Assembly (NCBI RefSeq): GCF_006345805.1
Contig: NC_043003.1
Coordinates: forward strand, 95,108,001-95,172,000
Length of the DNA: 64,000 nt
From: Octopus sinensis
Taxonomy: Eukaryota
Direction of reading: 5' to 3'
Shown here: piece by piece, positions 52,154 to 64,000 of the stretch
Layout: each line of letters opens with the position of its first letter
Numbering within the stretch: position 1 is the stretch's first letter
Position numbers and translations under genes: made by a program
Notes under the pieces: generated by a model
Seen by the model: the letters and a program-made list of their open reading frames with translations, nothing else
Databases searched by the model: none
Told to the model about the DNA's origin: nothing

Positions 52154-52399
52154 GTATATATATATGTATGTATGCAAGTATGGTAGTCATGCATGAATGT
52201 ATGCATGTGTGCGTGCGTATACGCATATGTGTATGTATGTCTATCTATCTATCTATCTATATAGATATATATATCTGTGTCTCTGTGTGTGTGTATGTGC
52301 TTTTACATATCTCCTTACTTATTTACACATACCTGCACATATGTACATATTCGTACAAACACATATACATGCACAAACGGATATATGTAAATGTTTATT

Positions 52400-52447
52400 T
52401 ATGTATGTATGTATGTATGTATGTATGTATGTATGTATGTATGTATG

Positions 52448-52478
<31 letters not shown>

Positions 52479-52600
52479 TGTATGTATGTATGTATGTATT
52501 ATGTATGTATGTATGTATGTATGTATGTATGTATGTATGTATGTATGTATGTATGTATGTATGTATGTATGTATGTATGTATGTATGTATGTATGCATGC
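52400..52600. repeat. (TATG)n microsatellite
   Basis: Directly visible. Confidence 0.95.
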
Positions 52601-52632
<32 letters not shown>

Positions 52633-52711
52633 GTATGCATGTATGTATATATAGCTATATCTATATCTATCTAGCTATCTCTTTCTCTATATATATATGT
52701 ATATGTGTGTA

Positions 52712-52744
<33 letters not shown>

Positions 52745-53301
52745 TTATTTATATATTTATATATACATATACATATATATATATATGATTTATATATACA
52801 TATACATATATACACACATATATATATATACATGTCTTTTAACTAAAACTACAATACTTTAACAAGCTGAGTGTGCATGTGTGTGTGTGTTTGTGTGTGT
52901 GCGTGTGTGTGTGTTGATGATGTGTTGTTTTCACTTACAGCTAACAAAACACACCTGCATAGTTTTTTTCCTGAGCTTTTATCTTTTTTTACAGAATCTC
53001 TTCATATGTAACTTTGAAATATTTCATCAACTCATGAACAACAAACATTTAGGAGAAAAATATAGCATTTTTATAGCAAAGTTTTATTTTCATATCAACT
53101 AATTTATTATCGTTCATTTTCTGTTGAAACCAAAACGTTTTATTCAATCAATGCACATTATTTGACCTGATTATTAATGACTTTTTTACTTTGTACTAAG
53201 TGAGCACATGCAGCCTAGTGTTTAGGGTGTTGCACCAATGATTGGGGGACTGGGTTCAATTCCAAGACTGGGCCATGTGTTGTGTTCTTGGGCAAAAAGC
53301 T

Positions 53302-55736
53302 TTACTCTCTTTACTCTTTTACTTGTTTCAGTCATTTGACTGCAGCCATGCTGGAGCACCACCTCTAGTTGAGCAAATCGACCCCGGGACTTATTCTTTG
53401 TAAGCCCAGTACTTATTCTATCGGTCTCATTTGCTGTACCGCTAAGTGACGGGGACGTAAACACACCAACACTGTCATGCAGGAGTGGGGGACAAACACA
53501 GACACACAAACACACACACACACACACACACAAACACACATGCATGCACACATTCACACATGCATGTAAGCATAACTATGCATGCACACCCACACACACA
53601 TGCATGCATACACACACATATGCATGCATAAACATGCACACACACACATACACACACACACACTCGCGCATACATGCACACATACACAATGAGTTTCTTC
53701 CAGTTTCTGTCTCCCAAATCTACTCACAAGGCTCTGTTTGTCCTGAGGCTATTGTAAAAGACACTTGCCCAAGATGTCACACAGTGGGACTGAACCTAGA
53801 AACATTGTGCCTGGGAATCAACCTTCTTACCACACAGCCACTCCTGCACCTCCCAAAAATTTTCCTATGAAATTACTCCCTGATTTTCTGTGTATTAACT
53901 AGACCTATATGAAGTGTCACAACGATACATTAAAATACTTTTGATATATTTTATTTTTGTTGTGTGTATATTATTGTGTGCATATAAAATGCATGTATAT
54001 AAAATGAATGTAACCTATGAAATGAAATATTTAAAGGCATAGGTGTAGCTGTGTGGCAAGAAGCTTGCTTCCCAATCACATGATTCCAGGTTCAGTCTCA
54101 CTGCATAGCTCCTTGGGCTAGTGTCTTGTACTATAGCCTTGGGCCGACCAAAGCCTTGTGAGTGGATTTGGTGATGGAAACTGAAAGAAGCCCATCATAC
54201 ATATATGTGTGAGTGGGGGGGGAGAGTATTTGAGTCTGTGTTTGTCCCCCACTATTGCTTGACAACCGGTGTTGGTTTGTTTATGTCCCCATAACTTAGC
54301 AGTTCGGCAAAATATACTGATAAAATAAGTACTAGGCTTAAAAAAGAAAAAAAAGTACTGGGATTGATTCATTTGACTAAAGGTTGTTTCAGGCGATGCC
54401 CCAGCATGGCCACTGTCTAATGACTGAAACAGATACTACATAAAAGATAAATTAAGATTATTGTGTGTATATGATGTGTATAAAATGAATATAACCGATT
54501 AAATAGATGCAGGAGTGGCTATGTAGTAAGTAGCTTGCTTTACGAACCACATGGTTCCGGGTTCAGTCCCACTACGTGGCACCTTGGGCAAGTATCTTCT
54601 ACTATAGCCTCGGGCCGACCAAAGCCTTGTGAGTAGATTTGGAAGACAGAAACTGAAAGAAGTCCGTCATACGTATGTATGTATGTATGTATGTATGTAT
54701 GTATGTATGTATGCATGCATGCATGTATGTATGTATACATGCATTCATGTATGTATGTATGTATGCATGTATGTATGTGTGTGTATGTTTGTGCGTTTGT
54801 TTGTGTGTGTGTTTGTCCCCTACTATCGCTTGACAACCAATGTTGGTGTGTTTATGTCCCTGTAACTTAGTGGTTCAGCAAAAAGAGACTGATATAATAA
54901 GTACTAGGCATACAAAGAATAAGTTCTGGGGTCGATATGCTCGACTAAAGGCAGTGCTCCAGCATGGCTGCAATCAAATGACTGAAACGAATAAAAAGAA
55001 TAATGATAAAATAAATGTTAAAAATACACTGAAATGCTATATTTTTTTCTTTTTCTTTTTAATGGATTTTTAAAATTTGGAAATTTATTCCATACTGAAA
55101 TTTTCCAGTCATTCATATAAAATCATGATGTGTTCATGATGAGGTGGTATTTCAACATGAACACATCATTCAAAATATTGCCTAGATTTACCTGGGATTA
55201 CACCTAAGGGCCTATACCTTCATGGAAGTATGGGCCAACTTGCATGCCATCTGTAAAAAAGATGAACTGTGAACTTTATTCTCCTGTCTGTATTCTCCTA
55301 TCAACTTTTAATCTTTATTCTTCTATTTTATTCTTTATAATCGCCTATAATATAGGCGCAGGAGTGACTGTGTGGTAAGTAGCTTGCTTACCAACCACAT
55401 GGTTCCGGGTTCAGTCCCACTGCGTGGCACCTTGGGCGAGTGTCTTCTGCTATAGCCTCGGGCCGACCAATGCCTTGTGAGTGGATTTGGTAGACAGAAA
55501 CTGAATATATGTATGTGTGTATATGTTTGTGTGTCTGTGTTTGTCCTCCCAACATTGCTTGACAACCGATGCTGGTGTGTTTACGTCTCCGTCACTTAGC
55601 GGTTCGGCAAAAGAGACCGATGGAATAAGTACTGGGCTTACAAAGAATAAGTCCTGGGGTCGATTTGCTCGACTAAAGGCGGTGCTCCAGCAGGGCTGCA
55701 ATCAAATGACTGAAACAAGTAAAAGAGTAAAAGAGT
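53302..55736. mobile_element. Cluster of four SINE family A copies (53302-53849 -, 54036-54450 +, 54506-55000 +, 55355-55736 +)
   Basis: Each is colinear with 27606-28023. Confidence 0.85.
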
Positions 55737-55925
55737 ATATATATATAGGGGTATGGTGATACAAACAGGAAAATAGAACTCTAAATATGAGTATGTCTAT
55801 ATTTTTATTAATATTTAGCAGAAGTAGCAGAGTGACTCAAGGTCTGAGAGTTTTGTGTGTTGGCACTTATCGCATTTTTAACATTTATTATATTTCATTG
55901 ATTATATTCACATTACACACACACA

Positions 55926-56010
<85 letters not shown>

Positions 56011-56604
56011 GACAGGCTTCTTTCAGTTTCCATCTACCAAATCCACTCACAAGGCTTTGGCCTGTTCGTGGCTATAGTAGAAGAGACTTTCCCAAGGTGC
56101 CACATAGTGGAACTGAACCTGGAACCATATAGTTGGGAAGCAAGCTTCTTACCACACAGCCAGACTGTGCCTTGATGATGATGATGATGATGATGATGGC
56201 ATATATATATTTATATATATGTATATCATATATACATCATATATCTAATATATATATAGGTAAATTAAAAATTAAGAATAACAAAAGTCAAAAGGATGTA
56301 CACATGGAATGTATGATCAATATAAGATGAATAAAAGAGTTAGTGTATACTGTTTTGAGTGTGGCTCATTTTCAATCCCAAGCCATCGATGAAGCCCAGA
56401 GGTACAACAGCAGACACTTGCCCAATGTGTCTGTTATGGGAGAATCTTGAGCACCCCCACATAGCTGAAGGTGGATTAACAAATTATGATATATAAGAAC
56501 TGAGTGAACTGTCAGTGGGGTAGTTGATGGTGTTAGTTCGACCCTGTTAGTTTACCATGTTACTTTGACGTGTGTTGGTTTAACAATTGGTTGTTGAACA
56601 GTGA

Positions 56605-57119
56605 GTGGAGGCACATGGCTTAGTGGCTAGGGTGTCAGCACCATGATCGTAAGATTGTGGTTTCAATTCCTGGACCAGGCGACGCGTTGTGTTCTTGAGC
56701 AAAACACTTCATTTCAGGTTGCTCCATCCACTCCGCTGGCAAAAATGAGTAAAGCTGCGATGGACTGTTGTCCCATCCAGCTGGGGAACACATACGCCTT
56801 AGAAACCGGGAAACTGGGCCCATGAGCCTAGCTAGGCTTTAAAAAAGGGTGCATTTATTTGTGGAGGCACGTGGCTTAGTGGTTAGGGTGTCAGCATCAT
56901 GATTGTTAGATTGTGGTTTTGATTCCTGGACCGAGCAACGCGTTGTGTTCTTGGAGCAAAACACTTCATTTCACGTTGCTCCAGTCCACTCAGCTGGTAA
57001 AAATGAGTAAAGCTGTGATGGACTGGCATCCCGTCCAGCTGGGGAACATATACGCTTTAGAAACCAGGAAACCGGGCCCGTGAGCCTGGCTAGGCTTTAA
57101 AAGAGCGCAAAAGAAAAAA
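56605..57119 (+). mobile_element. Dimeric SINE family C insertion with one flanking TSD
   Basis: Two GTGGAGGCAC..CTAGGCTTTAAAA units; GTTGAACAGTGA at 56593-56604 and 57120-57131. Confidence 0.85.
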
Positions 57120-57896
57120 GTTGAACAGTGAATCCTGAGTATCATACCTACGTTTTAGTAGCATGGACTGCATTCTGCTGTGTTAACATATATTTCTGTG
57201 ATAGGTTATTTTTAGATAACCGCACGCGTATACCTATGTCATAACAGTGTCTTACAGTGGAAAAGTACCCAGAACTATGTCACAGCAAAGCCAAGTTCTT
57301 AGTTATATAGTTTTGCCTGCTGAGAATCTCCAACCTTTTTCTAAATAATCAAGAGAAAACTGCAGCAAAGATAACCAAGGTGGACTTGTGCATACTGGTT
57401 TGGATTTATTAAGGGAGAGAACACTGAAATGGATTTGCAGAATATGGACTTAGAGTGCTTTTTGTTATTGCTTTTGTTTGTCTAGTTCAGTTAAAAGCGA
57501 TAGTTATTTCAACATGGTGTATCATTCAAGAAGGTGGTTGCTATATCTATGTATTTACAAGTTGGAAGATGCAGGCTTCTTATTGTAGAGGTTAAGTTAC
57601 GATTCTGAACACTAACTGTATGCATATAGCCCTACAGCCTAGTTCAAGGGAGATAACTATTGTTTACCACGGCTGACTTTTTATTCGCTTTTATTTCTTT
57701 ATTTCTTTAACAATAGGAAAATAAAATGTTTATGCAGTGATACAATTTGACTATATATAAAATCAATTAACAATTAGTGATTAGATCAGTGTTATGTATA
57801 AACGAGTAATAGGATCTATTGATCATTTCCCCCAAAATTTAATACCTATTCTTTAGTTAAGTAAACTGAAGCAATCATTATGTTGCCATATAGAGT

Positions 57897-58316
57897 TACT
57901 CTCTTTTACTCTTTGCTCTTTTACTCTTTTACTTGTTTCAGTCATTTGACTGCGGCCATGCTGGAGCACCGCCTTTAGTCGATCAAATCGACCCCAGGAC
58001 TTATTCTTTGTAAGCCCAGTACTTATTCTATCGGTCTCTTTTGCCGAACCGCTAAGTGACGGGGACGTAAACATACCAGCATCGATTGTCAAGCAATGCT
58101 AGGAGGACAAACACAGACACGCAAACACATACACACATACATATACATATATACGACAGGCTTCTTTCAGTTTCCGTCTACCAAATCCACTCACAAGGCA
58201 TTGGTCGGCCCGGGGCTATAGCAGAAGACACTTGCCCAAGATGCCATGCAGTGGGACTGAACCCGGAACCATGTGGTTGGTTAGCAAGCTACTTACCACA
58301 CAGCCACTCCTGCGCC
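57897..58316 (-). mobile_element. SINE family A (young, CpG-retaining)
   Basis: Reverse complement match to 27606-28023. Confidence 0.9.
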
Positions 58317-58458
58317 TCTTCAGAAACGTAATAAAAAAAAGTTTAAATAAGATTTAAACTCACTTTTCATGATTTATCATTATCAACATCAGTATCATCA
58401 ATTTTATCTTTATTTTTTTTCCATGTTAAATGGACAGGTCTTCTATATACGGGTTTAT

Positions 58459-58852
58459 CAGGAGTGGCTGTGTGATAAGTAGCTTGCTTACCAACCACAT
58501 GGTTCCGGGTTCAGTCCCACTGTGTGGCACCTTGGGCAGGTGTCTTCTTCTATAGCCTCAGGCCGACCAAGGCCTTGTGAGTGGATTTGGTTGACGGAAA
58601 CTGAAAGAAGCCCGTCGTATATATGTATATATATGTATATGTGTGTGAGCATGTATGTTTGTCCCCCTAGCATTGCTTGACAACCGATGCTGGTGTGTTT
58701 ATGTCCCCGTCACTTAGCGGTTCGGCAAAAGACACCGATAGAATAAGTACTGGGCTTACAAAGAATAAGTCCCGGATTCGAGTTGCTTGATTAATGGTGG
58801 TGCTCTAGCATGGCCGCAGTCAAATGATTGAAACAAGTAAAAGAGTAAAGAG
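58459..58852 (+). mobile_element. SINE family A, inverted relative to 57897-58316
   Basis: Match to 27606-28023. Confidence 0.9.
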
Positions 58853-59558
58853 TATCACAATCCTTTATCATCTATTTTATAAGATTTAACCTCTTGAGAT
58901 AAGCTTTAACTACTTCTTCCCATGTTTTATTTGGCCTTGTTTTTCTGGAGATTCATTCAATTTTTATTGATATCAAATTTTGACCCTAGGCCAGTGTCAT
59001 ACTACATATGAAGTCCTTATCTCTCAACCTGTCTGTGATTTCACTACATTTCTTGTACCCCCTATTATTTACACAGTACAGTGTTTCTATGAACTCCTTT
59101 TTGGCACAATGAACATGGCTTCTCCCCAGATGGCAGTAGAATCCAATTTTCTCTCTTACAAATTAAAACCTGACTTTGCTAGACTTTTTTTCTATGGAGG
59201 TGGGGTGTGTTTTGATTCTAGACTTTACTTCCGTGTTTGGAATTTCATCTTTAATTCTTCAATAAATTTAGGTATGTCATTAGTATACAAGAATTCCCAT
59301 GAGAAACCAGACTTAAATATTTCAGTTACAGATCAAAAGAACTATAATAAGCAGGAAAAGATTGAGAACTGACCCCTGATGGATCTCTATCTACACCCTT
59401 AATTCTTTGCTGAACTCATTCATTGCTAACTCTCATTTTGCTGGCAGAATCTCTATATATGGCTTATATGGTTCTCACAAGCCATTCATCTAAGATTAGT
59501 TTTCTTAGCATACACCAGACAATAAAGAGTAGTACCCTACCAAAGGTTTTCTCTAGAT

Positions 59559-59777
59559 CAGTGCTTTTCAAACTTTTTGCTGGCGCGGAACCCCAAGGAA
59601 ACATTCCACTGGCTCAAGGAACCCCTGTGCAATAATTTAATTGTCTTATGCACACATATCTGCACAGGAGAATTAAAAATTACTGCCGCTTTTAGCAGTT
59701 TTGTAACTTCTTGCGGAACCCCTGGACTGTACTGGCGGAACCCTAAGGTTCTGCGGAACCCTGGTTGAAAACCACTG
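59559..59777. mobile_element. hAT (Charlie-like) MITE
   Basis: TIRs CAGTGCTTTTCAA / TTGAAAACCACTG; 8-bp TSD CTCTAGAT on both sides; subterminal GCGGAACCC repeats. Confidence 0.9.
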
Positions 59778-59957
59778 CTCTAGATAAATACATGCTGAGC
59801 ATAGTCGCTCACTACAAGAGCCATCTGAGAGCATTTCTCTAGTTGTCTCACTAGAACGAGGGCCTCAATGCCACCCTGTCCTGGCATAAACTTAAACTGC
59901 ATCTTGACTAAGCTTAATTTCCTTCTTGTTAACTCTTTCTCTTACTTTCTTAACATA

Positions 59958-60174
59958 CAAGGAGGCACTGAAAAGTTCCTGGCTTTGGGTAAAAGAAAAA
60001 ACAGGAAGATCAGTTAATTATGAACTTATTCAACATATTCCCCACTCAGTTTCACACACTTATTGCAACAGTCCTTCATTTTTACTAAGCCCTGTAAAAG
60101 AACTTGGAAAGTTGGGCCTGCAGCCAGGCCTTTCATGATACTTTTAAAGCCAGGAACTTTTCAGCACCCCCTTG
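59958..60174. mobile_element. Mariner-derived MITE
   Basis: TA|CAAGGAGGCACTGAAAAGTTCCTGGCTTT ... AAAGCCAGGAACTTTTCAGCACCCCCTTG. Confidence 0.75.
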
Positions 60175-60902
60175 ATTATATTCCATCAGTTTGTGAATTC
60201 AGTAGTCAATATTTTTCTAGAAAACCATTGCTCTTGTAACTGTCAACGACGATAGTGTTATATTAGTCATTGAGTATGATACTTCCCTGTACAACCTAAA
60301 ACTTGTCGGTAATTGTCATACATTCTACTTTGTTGGATATGTTCAGCATCTCAGTGACTATTCCTAGTGGTACAACTACCTTCTTTAATATTTAATCACA
60401 CTTCTTACCACATAATTCTCGACTTCAATAATAGGTTCCTATTAGATCTAAATCATGTATTCCCCACCTTTCTCTCTTTCATTCTCTCACAGATTCTCCT
60501 CATTCACCGATGGCTTGTAGCAATATTTCTATGCCATATTTTGTCTTAGCGTCTGTGATGACAAGTGTACTATTATGAATCTGTACACACTCTTCATCAA
60601 TGATGTCTTGATTTATGGTGACATACTGTCTTGCATTCAGGAATATTTCAAGTGTTTGTTAGGCAGACCAATTATATCTATTCAGCCATTTCATTTCTGC
60701 ACCTAATATTTGTGTCTTTTACTTAACAAATGATTAATTTTGAAATTCCTTATTTTAATTTTACTAAAACTAGAATATAATTTTTATTTGAATCTGCTAG
60801 CTTAATTCCAAGGGTTTGATTCAATTACTTAATAAAATGATTTCATGAAAATTGAGATTAGCTGAAGTGAGGACAATTATTTGTCCAAAAAATAATGGCT
60901 TG

Positions 60903-62070
60903 CAAACCAGATGGCTGCACTGGGCTTCAATCTTGATCTGGCAGAGTTTCTACAGCTGGATGCCATTCCTAACGCCAGCCACTTCAAGAGTGTAGTGGGT
61001 GCTTTTACGTACCAGTCAGGCAGTACTGGCAATGACCTCACTCGAATCTTTTACACATGCCACCAGCACAGGTGCCAGTAAGGTGATGTTGGTAACAATC
61101 ATGCTCGAATAGTGTCTTTTACATGCCACTGGCACGGAAGTCAGATAGCTGCTCTGGCAACGATCATGCTCGGATGGTGCTCTTAACACCTTACTAGCAC
61201 GGGACTCGAGTGCCAGTAAGGTGACGCTGGTAATGATCACGCTCGAATGGTGCCTTTTATGTGCCATTGGCACAGAAGCCAGTTAGCCACTCTATCAACG
61301 ATCACACTCATATGGTGCTCTTTGCACCCTGCTAAGGAAAAGGTACGCATAAGTGGGCTGGTTACGCCCCTGGCATAGGCCACGAGCTTATGGTCTCATT
61401 TGGCTTGCCAGGTCTTCTCACGCACAGTGTATTTCCAAATAGTCATATCCTTGGTGAGGCCTAAAGTTCGAAGGTTGTGCTTCACCACTTCATCCCAGGT
61501 CTTCCTGGGTCTACCTCTTCCACAGGTTCCCTCAACTGCTAGGGTGTGGCACTTTTTCACGCAGCTATCCTCATCCATTCTTGCCACATGACCATACCAG
61601 TGTAGTTGTCTCTCTTGCACCCCACATCTGATGCTTCTTAGGTCCAACATTTCTCCCAAGGTACTTACACTCAGTCGAGTATGAACACTGACATTACACA
61701 TCCATTGGATCATACTGCCTTCATTCCTTGTGAGCTTACTCATGTCCTCAGCAGTCACAGCCCATGTTTCACTGCCATGTAGCATGGCTGTTCGTACACA
61801 TGCGTCATACAGTCTGCCTTTTACTCTGGGTGAGAGGCCCTTTGTCACTAGCAGAGGTAAGAGCTCTCTGAACTTTGCCCAGGTTATTTTTATTTTAGCA
61901 GCTACACTTTCAGTGCACCCTCCCCCGCTACTGACTTGGTCATTTAGGTAATGGAAGCTGTCAACTAATTCTAGTTTTCCTTCCTGGAATGTGGCAGAAG
62001 TTGTTCTCTGCGCATTTTCAGAGTTTATTGCTCCCGACTTCCTACGCAACCGCTGAGCCTGGATGCACAT
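60903..62070 (-). mobile_element. 5'-truncated RTE LINE (RT C-terminus, ORF 61396-62070)
   Basis: LELVDSFHYL..KGRLYDACVRTAMLHGSETW..LHWYGHVARM..GRGRPRKTW. Confidence 0.92.
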
Positions 62071-62502
62071 TCATCCACCTGTCGATGCTCTCAGTGTCGG
62101 GGATTGACCTGCTTTCTCTTCTGCGGGTCTTACGAATAGCAAAGGACCACATTTCGGACTTCTCCCATCTTGCGAGCTCTGGGATGAAGACCGTTCGCTC
62201 AACAGCAACAGCAGCAACAACAACATAATTTCAAGATGTTTTATTAACTTGCACCACTAATTTCTAACTTTATGTGTTAGAAAGGAGAGTGAAAGTTAGA
62301 CTAACTTTCATGGATATTGTTATAAAGGATGGAGAGTTGGCTGGCAGTCCAATTTTCAAAATTTTTCCTGATAAGGATAATTTAATCAATTTTGTCATAA
62401 ATCTATTTACTGTTCGTGTTCATTCATTGAGTATGATATTTCTAATATATAAAGGTGGCAAGCTGGCATTGTTGATAGAATGCGTTATTATAAGTTGTTA
62501 TA

Positions 62503-62736
62503 AGGTGGCGAGCTGGCAGAAACGTTAGCATGCTGGACGAAATGCTTAGCGGTATTTCGTTTGCCATTATGTTCTGAGTTCGAATTCCGCCAAGGTCGAC
62601 TTTGCCTTTCATCCTTTTGGGGTCGATAAATTAAGTACCAGTTACGCACTGGGGTTGATGTAATCGACTTAATCCATTTGTCTGTCCTTGTTTGTCCCCT
62701 CTATGTTTAGCCCCTTGTGGGCAATAAAGAAATAAG
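62503..62736 (+). mobile_element. SINE family B nested in an older B-like copy (62452-62950)
   Basis: Full-length unit; the older copy's head at 62452-62483 resumes at ~62738. Confidence 0.82.
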
Positions 62737-63472
62737 AGTTGTTAGAATGCCAAGCAAAATACTTAGCAAGTTTTCCTCGGCATGCTAACAATTCTGCCTG
62801 ACTTTTTGCTCTGAGTTCAAATTCCACGAAGGTCGACATTGCTTTTCATCTTTACAGGGTCAATAAAATAAATACCAGTTGAGTACTGGGGTCAGTGTAA
62901 TTGACTTACCCACTTTCCCTAAGTTGCTGGCCTCGTGCAAAAATTTGGAGTCAATACATATATTTATTCTTTTACTTGTTTCAGCCATTTGACTGTGGCC
63001 ATGCAGGAACCCGGCCTTTAGTCAAACAAATCAACCCCAATATATATTGTGAGTTCAGCATTTTGTTTCCCTGTTCTAATCCTACTTTAAAATAAGTACT
63101 TAATTTTTCTCCTTTCTCAATTACTTTTTCTTTGAAAGACAAGGATTCCTACATTGGTTTATGTTGTTGTTGTTGATATTTAGCGATAGATCAGTTCTAA
63201 TTAAACAAATAAAAAAGCATATCTTGATTTTGTTAAAACTTATGCTTGTACATATATGTGCATATGTCTATGTATTCGTGTGTGTGTGTGTGTAAGCATT
63301 TGTGTGTGTGTCGGTGTGTGTGTGTGTGCGTGCGCACATGCATATGCATTTGCTAAGGATGAATTGAGCCAGCCACTGAACCCACAGCTTTGCAAACAAA
63401 AGCCAAACGTGCTTGGTACATAATGATCTTCTGACATGGTGCTCTTCAACCGGACACAATTTCAATGAAAAA

Positions 63473-63756
63473 TCTTTATATATAAAATTGAAGTTGTGTA
63501 TGTGAGACTCTGTCTCCTCCGAATTAGATTCCTAACTACTCCCACATTTTGTGGTGCAGTTTAAACAAAACTGGGTATCTTATAGTCGTCATTCATATTG
63601 AGCCCTTCTGGGTATTAGCATGCGTCTACGATGAGTCTACGATTTTCCGCATTTTTTATGATTTTTGCTCGGGTTATATAAGGGAAGTAACTCTCTAAAA
63701 ATGCTTATCTAGTTATTTCCCTTACAAACCCGAGCAACGCCGGGCGATACTGCTAG
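63473..63756 (+). mobile_element. Non-autonomous Helitron
   Basis: A|TC start, CCCGAGCAACGCCGGG hairpin, CTAG|T end; same family as 26768-27071. Confidence 0.87.
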
Positions 63757-64000
63757 TACCATATAAATGATGACCAGATATCAATTAAACTTTTAACATT
63801 CAGGTTACTCAATCAAATATATTCCTTATTTATTTATATTGTTTTGAATTAATCATGCATTATCATGTAGCTTTGAGATTTCAATTAGGTGTTTGTTTAT
63901 TTTTAGAATGAAATTGTGGGATAGGTGTGAGCGCCTGCTTCTAGTCAGTTTGATTGTAGAACGGGTAGAATACTTGGGTGTGATATGGTTGGTTTGAATA

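Noticed and set aside
55815-55880. Minus-strand GTG..CAC-AAAA-CTC..GAG-TC-ACT shape resembling a hammerhead
   Set aside because: Core too degenerate (GCGATAA, AAAA) to call

Overview
AT-rich, repeat-saturated animal genomic DNA, probably intronic or intergenic. The SINE families and the very high (TA)n/(CA)n/(TATG)n microsatellite load resemble an octopus genome; this is inference from recalled repeat sequences, not a database match. No host protein-coding gene can be firmly called. Recognisable content: a near-complete but frameshifted Penelope-like retroelement (PLE; RT + GIY-YIG, ~32838-36672), a second PLE relic, RTE LINE 3' fragments, three tRNA-derived SINE families, Tc1/mariner relics, hAT and mariner MITEs, non-autonomous Helitrons and a Mutator-type foldback with a 9-bp TSD. 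The most interesting signal is a set of short PLE pLTR-like elements sitting in (TA)n tracts that carry distinct minimal type-I hammerhead ribozyme folds. These include canonical cores (29316, 29748, 31973/32533) and apparent natural compensatory variants of the C3-G8 core pair (U3-A8 at 36579 and 17001; G3-C8 at 43424), plus a U4C variant (46919). All folds were derived by eye and none has been tested. Repeat boundaries are approximate unless a TSD or terminus is quoted.
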